From Synechococcus sp. (GTDB lineage Bacteria; Cyanobacteriota; Cyanobacteriia; Thermostichales; PCC-7336), in the NCBI GenBank assembly GCA_051439425.1, contig JBFRWD010000057.1:1-21257 (forward strand): a DNA stretch of 21,257 bases. Reading direction: 5' to 3'. Of this stretch, positions 1 through 9,373 are shown in pieces. Below the pieces are notes generated by a model. It saw only the letters and a program-made list of their open reading frames with translations. It ran no database searches and was not told the DNA's origin. Both the position numbers and the translations under genes were made by a program. Numbering within the stretch: position 1 is the first letter of the stretch; every line of letters begins with the position of its first letter.

Positions 1-29
1 GTGTAGAGATGAATATCGGGGGATTCCAT
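1..29 (-). CDS. 5' end of a gene running off the left edge, probably glutathione S-transferase family
   Basis: Minus strand from ATG at 29 reads MESPDIHLYT, resembling the 'I-x-L-Y-T' first strand of bacterial GSTs. It is divergent from an HxlR regulator. Only about 10 codons are visible. Confidence 0.4.
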
Positions 30-150
30 AAATTTGCCTGACGATGAATGAACTACAAATCGAACACAGGAGATGGAGCGTGCCAGTGCCCCATTTCGCA
101 ATCCGGCCAGTGATGGCGCAGCTCAACGGCATATCCTAAGATAATTAGAC

Positions 151-187
151 TGGTAACAACAGTCAATCAGTATACTTTTAGTAACCA
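151..187. promoter_or_regulatory. Probable HxlR-family operator region
   Basis: TGGTAAC...GTATACTTTTAGTAACCA is an imperfect inverted repeat (TGGTAAC/GTAACCA) with an internal GTATAC palindrome, 9 nt before the regulator ATG in a divergent promoter. Confidence 0.45.
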
Positions 188-196
188 CCCTTTCTC

Positions 197-559
197 ATGG
201 GCAGCATCACCAACATCAGCACCGACAGCAATGGCCGCAAAGTTGTAGCCGAGCCTTGTTTAGAGCCTTGTCCTATTGAGCGAGGGATGCGCTTGTTGGG
301 TGGCAAATGGAAAGGGTCAATTCTGTGGCATCTCAAAGATGGTCCGGTGCGTTTCAACGATCTGGCCCGTCAATTGGGCGGGGCAAGTAAGAAAATGGTG
401 AGCCAGCGCCTGCGAGAAATGGAAGAACACGGCTTGGTAAAGCGAGAGGTGCTCAGCGATCGTCCTATAGCCGTCACGTACGAAATTACTGAGTTTGGTA
501 AAACGGCCTTGAATTTCCTGGAAGAACTAAAAGACTGGGTGCAACACCATCAGATTTAG
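197..559 (+). CDS. HxlR/DUF24-family winged-helix transcriptional regulator
   Basis: Family motifs CPIERGMRLLGGKWK, RFNDLARQL, SKKMVSQRLREMEEHGLV and V-x-Y-x-I-T-E-F-G. Confidence 0.93.
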   Translation: MGSITNISTDSNGRKVVAEPCLEPCPIERGMRLLGGKWKGSILWHLKDGPVRFNDLARQLGGASKKMVSQRLREMEEHGLVKREVLSDRPIAVTYEITEFGKTALNFLEELKDWVQHHQI

Positions 560-898
560 TCCTTTTCTTCCCGATTTGAATAAAAGAGCTAGAAACGTCA
601 ACTATTGGCCGCCATAAGACTGTTTGAGTCAATCATTCTAATTGAGGGAGGACTGGCTCTCTAGGCTAGTTCCAAGAGCATTTCTCTGAATGGCTTTTCC
701 ATGAGAATTCATCTTCTTGTCAAGCCTGACGTGGCGGGCTCACTCGCCTTGCATAGGGACACTACGCTAGGCATCTTCCCTCTCTCCAATTGATCTCAAA
801 ATGAGGTCGGTGCGCACTGAGATTCTTGATGAGTGAGGGCTGCTATCTCTGTATCGGCCGTTGACGGCCCAACCGACTACGCAGTCTACGCTGTACGT

Positions 899-1837
899 TC
901 AAGACAAACTACAGTGAATCTCTCCACCGTTCTCAATCCAGCCGTAAATCATGCCCGAGGTGGAATGGCCAACGGCACACTGACCCTCCTTATCAATAAC
1001 AATGACCCCGCCCAGCCCATTCACTTTGGAAACAAGGTAATCAATTCCTGCCTGGGCGGCTTGCTTGGCATTCATTCCCTGGAAATGAATCAGGTCAGAA
1101 ATCGTTTTCGAAAGCACCGTGCGCAAAAATTGTTCGCCATATCCGGTTGCAGATACAGCACATGTTTCATTATCGGCAAACACTCCAGCACCAACAACGG
1201 GACTATCTCCGACTCGACCCCACCGCTTGTTGACGATGCCACCTGTTGACGTGGCAGCGGCTAGATTGCCGTAAGTATCGCGGGCCACCGCACCAATAGT
1301 GCCCAACTTTTCATTCACTACAGAGGGCACGTCCTCGTGGTCAAGTACCATTTTGCCGGCAGATTGAGCTTCTCTCCACTGCCGTACCCGGCTCGCCATA
1401 ATGAAGTAGTCATCTGGCATTTGTTCCATCTGGCAGACTTGTGCGGCAAACTCCATTGCCCCACGACCAATTAGCATTACGTGCTCGCTCTTATCCATGA
1501 CCTGACGAGCGAGACAAGTCGGGTTCTTAATATTGTGAATGCCAGCAACGGCACCTGCTGACAAATTACGACCATCCATGATGGCGGCATCCATCTCCAC
1601 CAAGCCAAACTGGTTCAACACCGATCCCCGTCCGGCATTATAGAGAGGGTCATCTTCCAGCAAAGCTGCGCAAAGCTCAACTGCATCGAGCGCTACCCCT
1701 CCTTTTTCCAAAACCCGTTGCCCCCGCCTCAATACGCTGCGAAGACTTTGGGTGAATTCATCAACAGTCCCTTCCCGTTTAATGTGCTCTAGAGCTCCGG
1801 CACCGCCGTGGAGCATAAGGGAAAACGTTGAGGTCAT
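899..1837 (-). CDS. iaaA: Isoaspartyl peptidase / plant-type L-asparaginase (Ntn hydrolase)
   Basis: HGGAG, LEDDPLYNAGRGSV, EMDAAIMDG, autocleavage nucleophile LG/TIGAVARD, ATSTGG, GRVGDSP, SATGYGE. Confidence 0.93.
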   Translation of the reverse strand: MTSTFSLMLHGGAGALEHIKREGTVDEFTQSLRSVLRRGQRVLEKGGVALDAVELCAALLEDDPLYNAGRGSVLNQFGLVEMDAAIMDGRNLSAGAVAGIHNIKNPTCLARQVMDKSEHVMLIGRGAMEFAAQVCQMEQMPDDYFIMASRVRQWREAQSAGKMVLDHEDVPSVVNEKLGTIGAVARDTYGNLAAATSTGGIVNKRWGRVGDSPVVGAGVFADNETCAVSATGYGEQFLRTVLSKTISDLIHFQGMNAKQAAQAGIDYLVSKVNGLGGVIVIDKEGQCAVGHSTSGMIYGWIENGGEIHCSLS

Positions 1838-2154
1838 AATTTCTGCGAGTGTGAGAAGAGGTTAGGCAAGGAGATGACAATATTTGGATACGCTGATGCT
1901 CTGAACGTTGGAAGGGCGGAATGCTTGCACTTGCAGGAATAGAGCTGAACGAAAAAAGTGTCAATTGGACTTGTCCGAAGACGGTATCACATTATTGAGG
2001 ACGCCAGTACAAACATTAAAATATGCTGACTACAACAAACTTTCAGCTGAGGAGTTGCACTTTCCGCGAGAAACAATCAATCTTCCACTGGACACTAAAA
2101 TAACAGAATGTAGCAGAATTATAAGCAGATGCCTTGACATCGACTGGCCACTAA

Positions 2155-3255
2155 CTATTGCAGTCGTACCTTTAGTTGCTGTCTCAATTCTGCCTGAGTC
2201 TCGGGGGGGCCAACCAGTAATACCCCCAGCTTTCCTACTAAAATCGTTCCCCAGTTAACCAGAATTATTCCCGTATGGGCGGGTTCGGAAAATTCCAATC
2301 CACTCAAATCAATCTGACTGAGCGATCGATGATTTGTGTCGAAGGTTTCATGCGACCAATGTCTGAGGTTGAGCTTGAGAGCAATGCAGGTGGGGTAAGA
2401 AGCCCCGTTATATCGAGGGTTGCACTCGATCGCCAAATATCGCGGCGTACCATCAACGTCTTCAACAGACACATCGAATGCAAAAATTTCCTTCATGCCG
2501 CGTTTTACCATCCACTCGGCCATTGGTTCGACCAGATCCCAAACATCGTGAGGGGTCGGATAGCGGTTGCCCTGGTGCTTGAATCCATCCAAAACTTGAT
2601 CGGTCGTAACCAAGCGTTCGGCTCCGCCAGGAGTGGCTCGATATTGTACGTTCAAGAACGTGGTTGCCTTGACCTCTTCCTGAATTTGGATGGGAATATC
2701 CCCAGCTGTTTTGGCGATCGCAGCCATCAATGCTTTGCCATCGCTGCACCTCTCAATTCCAACCCCACCAACCGATATGGCAGGTTTGAAATAACAAGGG
2801 TATGTCATGGGCAAGGTATCAGGATTAATGGTCGATACGTCTTTAAACCTCAACGTGTGGGGAACTTTAACCCCCAGTTCATCGGCTAAGTCCATGAAGT
2901 TGTTTTTGCAATTTATCCATTGGACAACGTCAAACCAGGGAGCATCGAGATCGCGAAACAACGTATTCCCAATACCATCAGGGTGGACCGCATCGCCAAA
3001 ATAAAAAACAGAGATTTCGTGTTCGGGATGGCCGGCTAAATGATGAAAGGACACGTCCCACAGCACCTGGTCAGTGTGACTGAGTCCAATGCGATTGTAA
3101 TGATCGGCAATCGCGTCCCATTCTGATTTGAGATCGGGGTGAAGCTGAATAATATCGTTAGCTTCGGTCCCCCCCAGAACTCTGCCGCAATACAAGTGAT
3201 TGCCGACCAAAGTCTCGGCAGTGCAGGCCATGATGTCGTGATTGAAGATTCTCAT
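2155..3255 (-). CDS. ATP-grasp domain protein (putative amino-acid/peptide ligase) with an unassigned N-terminal domain
   Basis: ATP-grasp elements YFKPAISVGGVGI, IQIQEEV, FAFDVSV and AIECNPRYNG (E-x-N-x-R); 366 aa. Confidence 0.85.
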   Translation of the reverse strand: MRIFNHDIMACTAETLVGNHLYCGRVLGGTEANDIIQLHPDLKSEWDAIADHYNRIGLSHTDQVLWDVSFHHLAGHPEHEISVFYFGDAVHPDGIGNTLFRDLDAPWFDVVQWINCKNNFMDLADELGVKVPHTLRFKDVSTINPDTLPMTYPCYFKPAISVGGVGIERCSDGKALMAAIAKTAGDIPIQIQEEVKATTFLNVQYRATPGGAERLVTTDQVLDGFKHQGNRYPTPHDVWDLVEPMAEWMVKRGMKEIFAFDVSVEDVDGTPRYLAIECNPRYNGASYPTCIALKLNLRHWSHETFDTNHRSLSQIDLSGLEFSEPAHTGIILVNWGTILVGKLGVLLVGPPETQAELRQQLKVRLQ

Positions 3256-3404
3256 CGATTGTCTGTAACGCGATTAGAGCTGTCGACAAGTGTTGAACGT
3301 GTCTATTGCATGTACCCTAACCGAGTTATCCGAAACTGCGACAAAACCCCACCTGTAAATTATTTGGAGATGAGCAGTTCTACATGGTGAGTGAGGAGAC
3401 TTGA

Positions 3405-3513
3405 TATAGCAATCCGCTTTAAGGTCTGGAGTGTTGAGACAGCTAGAATCCTTTATTGGCAAGGAAAAACACTTTGGAAACTCTCCATCGCAGATGCTCG
3501 ATCGTTCTATTGG
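3405..3513. repeat. Dispersed ~105-bp MITE-like repeat, copy 1
   Basis: About 89 of 111 columns identical (hand alignment) to 18280-18390, same orientation. Ends TATAGCAATC...GATCGTTCTA form a degenerate inverted repeat. Confidence 0.85.
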
Positions 3514-3738
3514 CAAAGGTCACATAAATTGGTAGCTCAAGTCTCTGTTCCAGCTCTCTAGTTGCTAGTAGCATGACAATCCCCGAAACATGTTCACGTG
3601 GAGAGGATTTTGCCCGGGACAAGAGACCTCTTGCCACTGTTACAGAGTCCCCAAAGCCTTGCACGGACTGGAGCTTACACTTAAAGCTTATTTGACAATA
3701 TCTTGGAGTCTATGTCGCTAGAATGCTCCATTTACTGC

Positions 3739-4227
3739 TCAATGAGTCAGTTCGCAGTGACGTATCTCTAAGACGTATAAGAACGCATCACCCCGTTTTT
3801 TGTGAGTCCTCATCACGAGGTAGTGAGCTGATTCCCAGGCTTCCTCATTGTGTCTGGCCATCCAATCCTGGATATCATTACAGGTCACTCCCAGATGCTC
3901 GAAGTCGTTCAGAAAATCCACAATTTCAGCTATGGTGCCTTCGAAAGCCGCAACGCAACCAGGCAAGGGAAGTGGCCGCAGATTGGTCTCAATCCCCTCT
4001 AATAAATGACCGCTCTCGTCAATGTAGTGGTGTTGCTCCGCAGAAATCCCTGCCCGAACACCTTCCGCCTGAACCGTGACCCTTTGGGAATCTGAAGCTG
4101 AAACAACGTCTTCTAGGGCATTACAGATCAATTGCTCGATACTTTCCCCCCGCATTTCTGAGACGGCTTTGGCCCGCTCGTAGAGCTTGCTGGATAGCCG
4201 GAGTTCTACAGTCGCATCATGAACCAT
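3739..4227 (-). CDS. Hypothetical protein (162 aa) with RHH/CopG-like N-terminus
   Basis: Likely start is ATG at 4227 rather than 4383. TVELRLSSKLYERAKAVSEMRGESIEQLICNALE fits a strand-helix-G-x-S-helix pattern. C-terminal domain not recognised. Confidence 0.6.
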   Translation of the reverse strand: MVHDATVELRLSSKLYERAKAVSEMRGESIEQLICNALEDVVSASDSQRVTVQAEGVRAGISAEQHHYIDESGHLLEGIETNLRPLPLPGCVAAFEGTIAEIVDFLNDFEHLGVTCNDIQDWMARHNEEAWESAHYLVMRTHKKRGDAFLYVLEIRHCELTH

Positions 4228-4399
4228 TTGCTCACCGCTGAAAGTAAACCACGTGTTCTTTGAAAATCTAGCAAATCGCTTAGATTTCGCCGACTCATCT
4301 ACGTGTACGGAGAAAAAAATTACATTACTGCAACCTCTCCCCCCTAGAACCGGGCGTGCGTCTAACGCAATCGACTCAAGCAAGTAATGCCGTTTTTGT

Positions 4400-4590
4400 C
4401 GTTCTGTTGCAAGAAGCTGACAGCCAATACCAATCCCTCAAATACCTACCTGACTGTCAGGATGACGCTCGACAGAGGAAAATGACGATATTTCACAGAG
4501 TATCGGCTGACATCAGTGAGATAGTGATTGGTAGCGCAGGGGCTCAGACGACCATCTCGCTTGCTCCTCGCCACGCGTTGCAACAGAACC
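4400..4590 (-). mobile_element. Internally deleted IS6-family insertion sequence relic (191 bp)
   Basis: Perfect 12-bp inverted repeat GTTCTGTTGCAA (4401-4412) / TTGCAACAGAAC (4578-4589). The right end reads GGTTCTGTTGCAA, the IS257/IS431-type terminus, and a decayed transposase N-terminus lies inside. Confidence 0.8.
4436..4513 (-). pseudogene. IS6-family transposase N-terminal remnant
   Basis: From ATG 4513: MSADTL / frameshift / KYRHFPLSSVILTVR / frameshift / (W)YLR, matching the IS6 Tnp start pattern FK(W/Y)RHF..II...VRWY.R. Confidence 0.7.
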
Positions 4591-4750
4591 CGATTTAACA
4601 GTGTCGCCATTTAAACAGAGAGCTGTGGCTCGTCTGTGCAACGCTGGAATTAACAGCTATTCGGGCCACTACAGCCAGGGAAAAGGGGAATAGTTTATTG
4701 GCACCGTGCGCTCCTATGTACGAACAGCAGCATCAACTTTGACAAACGAT

Positions 4751-6037
4751 ATGGTCGCTAACAAGCAATCTAAGCGGGAGCCCATTCAACTTGGGTTACT
4801 GCTTTCTCTGCTCGCAGTCTTGGGATGCTCGTGGGGTCCACCAGATTCGAGACAGCAGCCCCAACGACAGTCCGTTTCAGATTTAGAACAGGACGCAGAT
4901 CCTAAGCCAGTCGCAGTGGAAATCGCGAGGGCAAACACAGGGTCTATAGCCAGAATATTGACCTACACGGGGACAACTCGTCCCAGACAGCAAGTGGCGC
5001 TTCGAGCACAAGTTTCTGGAGAGGTTATTGACCTAGCGGTAGACATTGGAGATGCCGTCTCCAGTGGAGATATTGTTGCCCAGCTTGATGACGACTTTCA
5101 AGTTGCCATTCTGAACCAGTCACTAGCCCTACTTTCGTCCGCGCAAGCAGAAATGGCTCAAGCAGAAGTCTCCATCGCTGACATCCAGTCAGCTGTAATT
5201 CAGGCCCAAGCAACTCTCGACCGGGCTGAAGCTGATATAGCTCGACAACAGGTACTGGCCGAGCAAGGGGCCATCTCGCAACAGGAGTTGGAAGGCACCG
5301 AACTAGCCGTCGTTAGCGCTCAGCAAACAGTGCTCTCCGCACAAGCTCGACTTGATGTCCAGCGACAAGCTGCGAGAGCTGCCGCCGACCGAATTTCTGC
5401 TCAAGAAGCCGTGGTGATGCAAAATCGGCAACAGCTTTCTGATGCTGAATTACGATCGCCTCTGACTGGAGTCGTTCTCACTCGGGAGGTGGATGTCGGT
5501 GACTTTGTTGAGTCAGGTGCAACGGTGCTACAACTCGGCGATCTCAGCCAATTGAAAGTGACCGTACAGGTGTCCGAACTCGATCTGGAACGGATCGAAG
5601 TCGGGCAGCCCGCTCAAGTACGACTGGATGCGTTCCCAAACGAAGGAACGATTGCAGGGCAGATAGAACGCATTTCTCCAGTAGCCGATGAGACCTCGCG
5701 GCTGGTTCCCGTGCAAGTGACTATTCCTAACGTCAACAGACGTATTGGCAGCGGTCTGCTAGCCAGGGTGCAGTTGTCGTCGGGGCAGGATTCTCGAGTC
5801 ATTGTGCCTGACAGCGCACTCGATGTTGGTGAAGACACCAACACTGTGTTTGTCATTCAAGGGGACGATGAAGTGAAGGCAATCGCCCGTCCGGTAAAGA
5901 TTGGAGAACGCGGACAGGATGGAGTGGAAATTCTGTCGGGTTTAGAACCAGGTGAATCATTCGTGACACGAAGCGATCGTCCGCTGATTTCTGGGCAAGC
6001 AGTACGGCTCAGCATTTTATCGGATCGGGAACGTTAG
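4751..6037 (+). CDS. RND efflux periplasmic adaptor (membrane fusion protein), probable lipoprotein
   Basis: Likely ATG at 4751; hydrophobic leader ending LAVLGC (lipobox-like); lipoyl half-motifs LRAQVSGEV and LRSPLTGVV; long coiled coil; GVEILSGLEPGE. Confidence 0.92.
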   Translation: MVANKQSKREPIQLGLLLSLLAVLGCSWGPPDSRQQPQRQSVSDLEQDADPKPVAVEIARANTGSIARILTYTGTTRPRQQVALRAQVSGEVIDLAVDIGDAVSSGDIVAQLDDDFQVAILNQSLALLSSAQAEMAQAEVSIADIQSAVIQAQATLDRAEADIARQQVLAEQGAISQQELEGTELAVVSAQQTVLSAQARLDVQRQAARAAADRISAQEAVVMQNRQQLSDAELRSPLTGVVLTREVDVGDFVESGATVLQLGDLSQLKVTVQVSELDLERIEVGQPAQVRLDAFPNEGTIAGQIERISPVADETSRLVPVQVTIPNVNRRIGSGLLARVQLSSGQDSRVIVPDSALDVGEDTNTVFVIQGDDEVKAIARPVKIGERGQDGVEILSGLEPGESFVTRSDRPLISGQAVRLSILSDRER

Positions 6038-6103
6038 TCGAGACGGCCCCAACGATCTCAGTAGGATACCGAATAGCAAGTTTTTGGATTGATGGTAGAA
6101 CCC

Positions 6104-9100
6104 ATGGCTTCTTCCGGTTTGGAGTCACCAACCTCAGCCTCGAATTCAAGCGCATCGAATTCGAAGCCATCGTACTCCACAGCTACAGATAGTCCATCTG
6201 CATTTAGCTTGAGCGCAGTCGCCATTCGGCGGCATATCGCGACATTGGTTCTGGTCGTCGCCACGATTGTGCTGGGCTTATTTTTCCTGCAGCAGCTTCC
6301 AGTCGATCTGTTGCCATCCATTACCTATCCACGCATTGGCGTTAGAGTCGACTCCCCTGGTGTTACACCGGAAGTCGCAGTAGATGAAATCACCCGCCCA
6401 CTCGAAGAAGCCCTAGCAGCCACTGAAGGCGTAGTTCAGATTGTTTCTCAAACCCGTGAAGGGCGGGTTCGTCTGGATTTGTATTTTCAGCCAGGTGGCA
6501 ATATCGACCAAGCGCTCAACGATGCAACTGCCGCACTCAATCGTTCCTTGGATACTTTGCCCGACATCATAGAGCCGCCTCGATTATTCAAGTTCGACCC
6601 CTCTCAACTGCCAGTTTACGAATTTGCTCTCACGTCCCCTTCGCTACCAGATGACCAATTGAGGGTGTTTGCGGACCAGGAATTAGCCCGCGAACTCAAT
6701 ACAGTTCCTGGTGTCGCTAGCGTCGATATTTCTGGTGGACTAGAAGAAGAAATTCAGGTCAACCTTGACCCTGTCCGATTGCAGGCAAAGGGCTTGGGAA
6801 TCCCGGATGTTTTGGATGCCCTCTCAGACCGCAATCAAGATATCTCAGGTGGTCGTATTCGAGGGGTCGAGCGCGAGCCGCTTACTCGCGTGATGGGCCG
6901 ATTTCAAGATGCCGATGAAATTCGCAATTTAATTGTTGAAGTGGGAAGTGACGGGGAGGAGCAACAGGTTTACCTGCGTGACTTTGCAGAAGTGATTGAC
7001 GGTACGGCAGAACAACGAATCTTTGTTGATTTAAACGGACAGCCTGCTGTAAAGTTGAGCGTTCAAAAGCAAACTTCGGCAAATACTGTCGAGGTCGTGG
7101 ATGCTGTCAAGCAAAGATTAGCCGAGCTAGAAGATTCGGGTCTTTTTCCAGACGATCTAATTTTCAACGCCACACTGGATGAGTCTATTTTCATTCGAAA
7201 TGCGATCCGTAATGTTGCGATGGCTGGGGTGACTGGAGCAGCATTAGCAGGAGCAACTGTTCTATTGTTTCTTGGCTCCCTCAGACAAACCCTGATTATC
7301 GCTCTATCGATCCCTCTCGCATCGTTGGTAGCTGTGATGATGATGGGTCTGTTTGGTCTTTCGCTCAATGTATTTAGCTTGAGCGGATTGGCACTGGGAG
7401 TCGGCATTGTGGTGGATAACTCCATCGTCATGCTAGAGACCATCGTGACAGGGGTCCGGCAAAGCCGTTATCCAGTGGTGCATCAAGCAGAGATTAGTAG
7501 TCGAGAGCTTGAATCTGCCCTGTTTGCCTCCACAACCACAAACCTAATTGCCGTACTACCGTTCCTGCTAATTGGTGGATTTATCTCCCTATTGTTCAGT
7601 GAACTTGTGTTAACTGTGAGTTTTGCAGTCGGAGCCTCTCTGGTGGTGGCACTCACCGTTGTGCCAGCATTTTCTTCCAGGCTGCTGGCTATCCGGTGGT
7701 CAAGCGGAGTCGAAAAGGTTTCGCTTATTCGCCAATTTAACCTCAGGCTGCAAGGGTTAACTCGGCAGTATTGGCAATTGCTGGGATGGGTGCTGGATAG
7801 GAGGTCTTTGGTAATAGCCATTGCCGTTCTACTGTTGGGCAGCAGCAGCTATTTCATGGTGGGCCATATCCCTCGAGAAATATTGCCGAGAATTGCTACC
7901 GGTCAGGCTGCTGCATGGGTTCAGTTTCCCCCCGGAACGACGCTGGTTGAGAACCGCCAGGTGATGACTGCTGTAGGAGATTTGCTCTTGGCTCAACCTG
8001 AAGTTGAGTATGCCTTCACGACTTCTGGCGGAAGTCTGTTTGGTAGCAGCACCAATGCGAACTTGCTACGAGGCTCTTGCACTCTTACGTTAATGCCTGG
8101 AACAGATGTAGAGGCATTTAGCGAGCGCATGACCCAGCAATTCGAACAATTCAACCTTGTATCAACTCGAATGCGCGTATCGCCTCGTAATGTCCGCGGC
8201 CTTATTTTGAATAACTCTCCCGTCCGCAGCGACATAGACGTCATTTTGCAGGGGAGCGATGAAGGTGACTTGGAGGATGCCGGTGCACGTGTGCTTGAAG
8301 CACTGGAAACACACGCTAGGTTAGCCACGTACCTACCCGATGCCAATCCATCCGAATCGGAAATTCAAATTCACCCCGACTGGGAGCGCGCCTCAAAACT
8401 GGGCCTCTCTTCCGAGAGCGTTGGAAGCACCGTGCGAACGGTACTGACTGGTGATGTGTCCACTCAGGTTCAGCGGGGCGATCGCCTTGTTGATGTGCGC
8501 GTCCAAACCCCCAAAACTTCGATCCAATACCCTGCCGAACTCGCCCAGATCCCGCTGAACAGCGACAGCGGTCAGTTAGTGAAATTGGGGGATATCGCAC
8601 GTATTGAAACCGGACAGGCCCCTAGCGAGATTCAACGCATTAGCCAGCGTCAGGTTTTCATCATTGATGGCAATCTCGCCGAGGGGGCGAGCTTAAGCGA
8701 GGCGTTGGCAGAAGTCGAACGGATACTGGGTACAGTCCCACTGCCTGATGGGGTGACTCTCTTACCCAGTTTTAGCGCCAAAAGCAATGCCGAAATCGCG
8801 AGCGGACTTGGCATGTTAGGTGGACTGGCTGCCTTTCTGGTCTTTACAGTGATGGCCGTCCAATACAACTCGTTAATCGATCCGCTAGTCATCATGCTGA
8901 CGGTGCCCCTGGCACTAGCAGGCGGAATTCTAGGGCTTTTCATTACCCAAACGGCGATCGGCGCAACAGTTATCGTTGGCGCTGTGTTGCTGGTCGGTAT
9001 TGTGGTCAATAACGCCATTATTTTGGTGGAACTTGCCAATCAAATCCACGAGCAGAGCCGGTGCGATCGCATCACGGCTATTCGTAAAGCTGCACCTCAG

Positions 9101-9322
9101 CGCCTACGTCCTATTCTGATGACAACCATCACCACCGTGTTGGGGATGGTACCGCTCGCGATTGGCTTTGGGGAAGGCTCGGAGTTTTTGCAGCCGTTGG
9201 GTGTGGTTATTGTCTCGGGACTATCACTGGCGACAGTGTTGACATTGATCGTTATTCCTTGCTTCTATGCCCTGCTCCACAATTGCTTTGAGCAAAAGGA
9301 GAAGGTGCCAAGTACTGCTTAA
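6104..9322 (+). CDS. RND efflux permease (AcrB/AcrD/AcrF family)
   Basis: ~1070 aa; LPVDLLPSITYP, TM4 GIVVDNSIV, TM10 GIVVNNAII, TM11 RLRPILMTT. Start uncertain (6089/6092/6104). Confidence 0.95.
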   Translation: MASSGLESPTSASNSSASNSKPSYSTATDSPSAFSLSAVAIRRHIATLVLVVATIVLGLFFLQQLPVDLLPSITYPRIGVRVDSPGVTPEVAVDEITRPLEEALAATEGVVQIVSQTREGRVRLDLYFQPGGNIDQALNDATAALNRSLDTLPDIIEPPRLFKFDPSQLPVYEFALTSPSLPDDQLRVFADQELARELNTVPGVASVDISGGLEEEIQVNLDPVRLQAKGLGIPDVLDALSDRNQDISGGRIRGVEREPLTRVMGRFQDADEIRNLIVEVGSDGEEQQVYLRDFAEVIDGTAEQRIFVDLNGQPAVKLSVQKQTSANTVEVVDAVKQRLAELEDSGLFPDDLIFNATLDESIFIRNAIRNVAMAGVTGAALAGATVLLFLGSLRQTLIIALSIPLASLVAVMMMGLFGLSLNVFSLSGLALGVGIVVDNSIVMLETIVTGVRQSRYPVVHQAEISSRELESALFASTTTNLIAVLPFLLIGGFISLLFSELVLTVSFAVGASLVVALTVVPAFSSRLLAIRWSSGVEKVSLIRQFNLRLQGLTRQYWQLLGWVLDRRSLVIAIAVLLLGSSSYFMVGHIPREILPRIATGQAAAWVQFPPGTTLVENRQVMTAVGDLLLAQPEVEYAFTTSGGSLFGSSTNANLLRGSCTLTLMPGTDVEAFSERMTQQFEQFNLVSTRMRVSPRNVRGLILNNSPVRSDIDVILQGSDEGDLEDAGARVLEALETHARLATYLPDANPSESEIQIHPDWERASKLGLSSESVGSTVRTVLTGDVSTQVQRGDRLVDVRVQTPKTSIQYPAELAQIPLNSDSGQLVKLGDIARIETGQAPSEIQRISQRQVFIIDGNLAEGASLSEALAEVERILGTVPLPDGVTLLPSFSAKSNAEIASGLGMLGGLAAFLVFTVMAVQYNSLIDPLVIMLTVPLALAGGILGLFITQTAIGATVIVGAVLLVGIVVNNAIILVELANQIHEQSRCDRITAIRKAAPQRLRPILMTTITTVLGMVPLAIGFGEGSEFLQPLGVVIVSGLSLATVLTLIVIPCFYALLHNCFEQKEKVPSTA

Positions 9323-9332
9323 AGATCGTAAA

Positions 9333-9352
9333 AGACGGTGTCAGACGGTGTC
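9333..9352. repeat. 10-bp perfect tandem duplication (AGACGGTGTC x2)
   Basis: Directly visible just downstream of the RND permease stop. Confidence 0.8.
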
Positions 9353-9373
9353 CTAGCTAAACGTCAGCTCGAC

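Noticed and set aside
560..898. Possible ncRNA between the convergent HxlR gene and iaaA
   Set aside because: Only short stems (e.g. GGCCGT-TG-ACGGCC, 856-869), within chance expectation.
833..3390. Plus-strand ORFs 833-1249, 1908-2258, 2275-2889, 2807-3004 and 3139-3390
   Set aside because: Antisense shadows of iaaA and the ATP-grasp gene with no recognisable motifs.
1838..3404. NtcA boxes (GTA-N8-TAC) or glutamine riboswitch upstream of iaaA/ATP-grasp
   Set aside because: Only partial matches with wrong spacing (e.g. TGTAGCAGAATTATA); no riboswitch consensus recognised.
4356..4598. 80-aa plus-strand ORF
   Set aside because: Spans the IS6 relic on the strand opposite the transposase remnant; better explained as a chance open frame.
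5025..9039. Many minus-strand ORFs inside the RND operon
   Set aside because: Antisense frames of well-supported genes.
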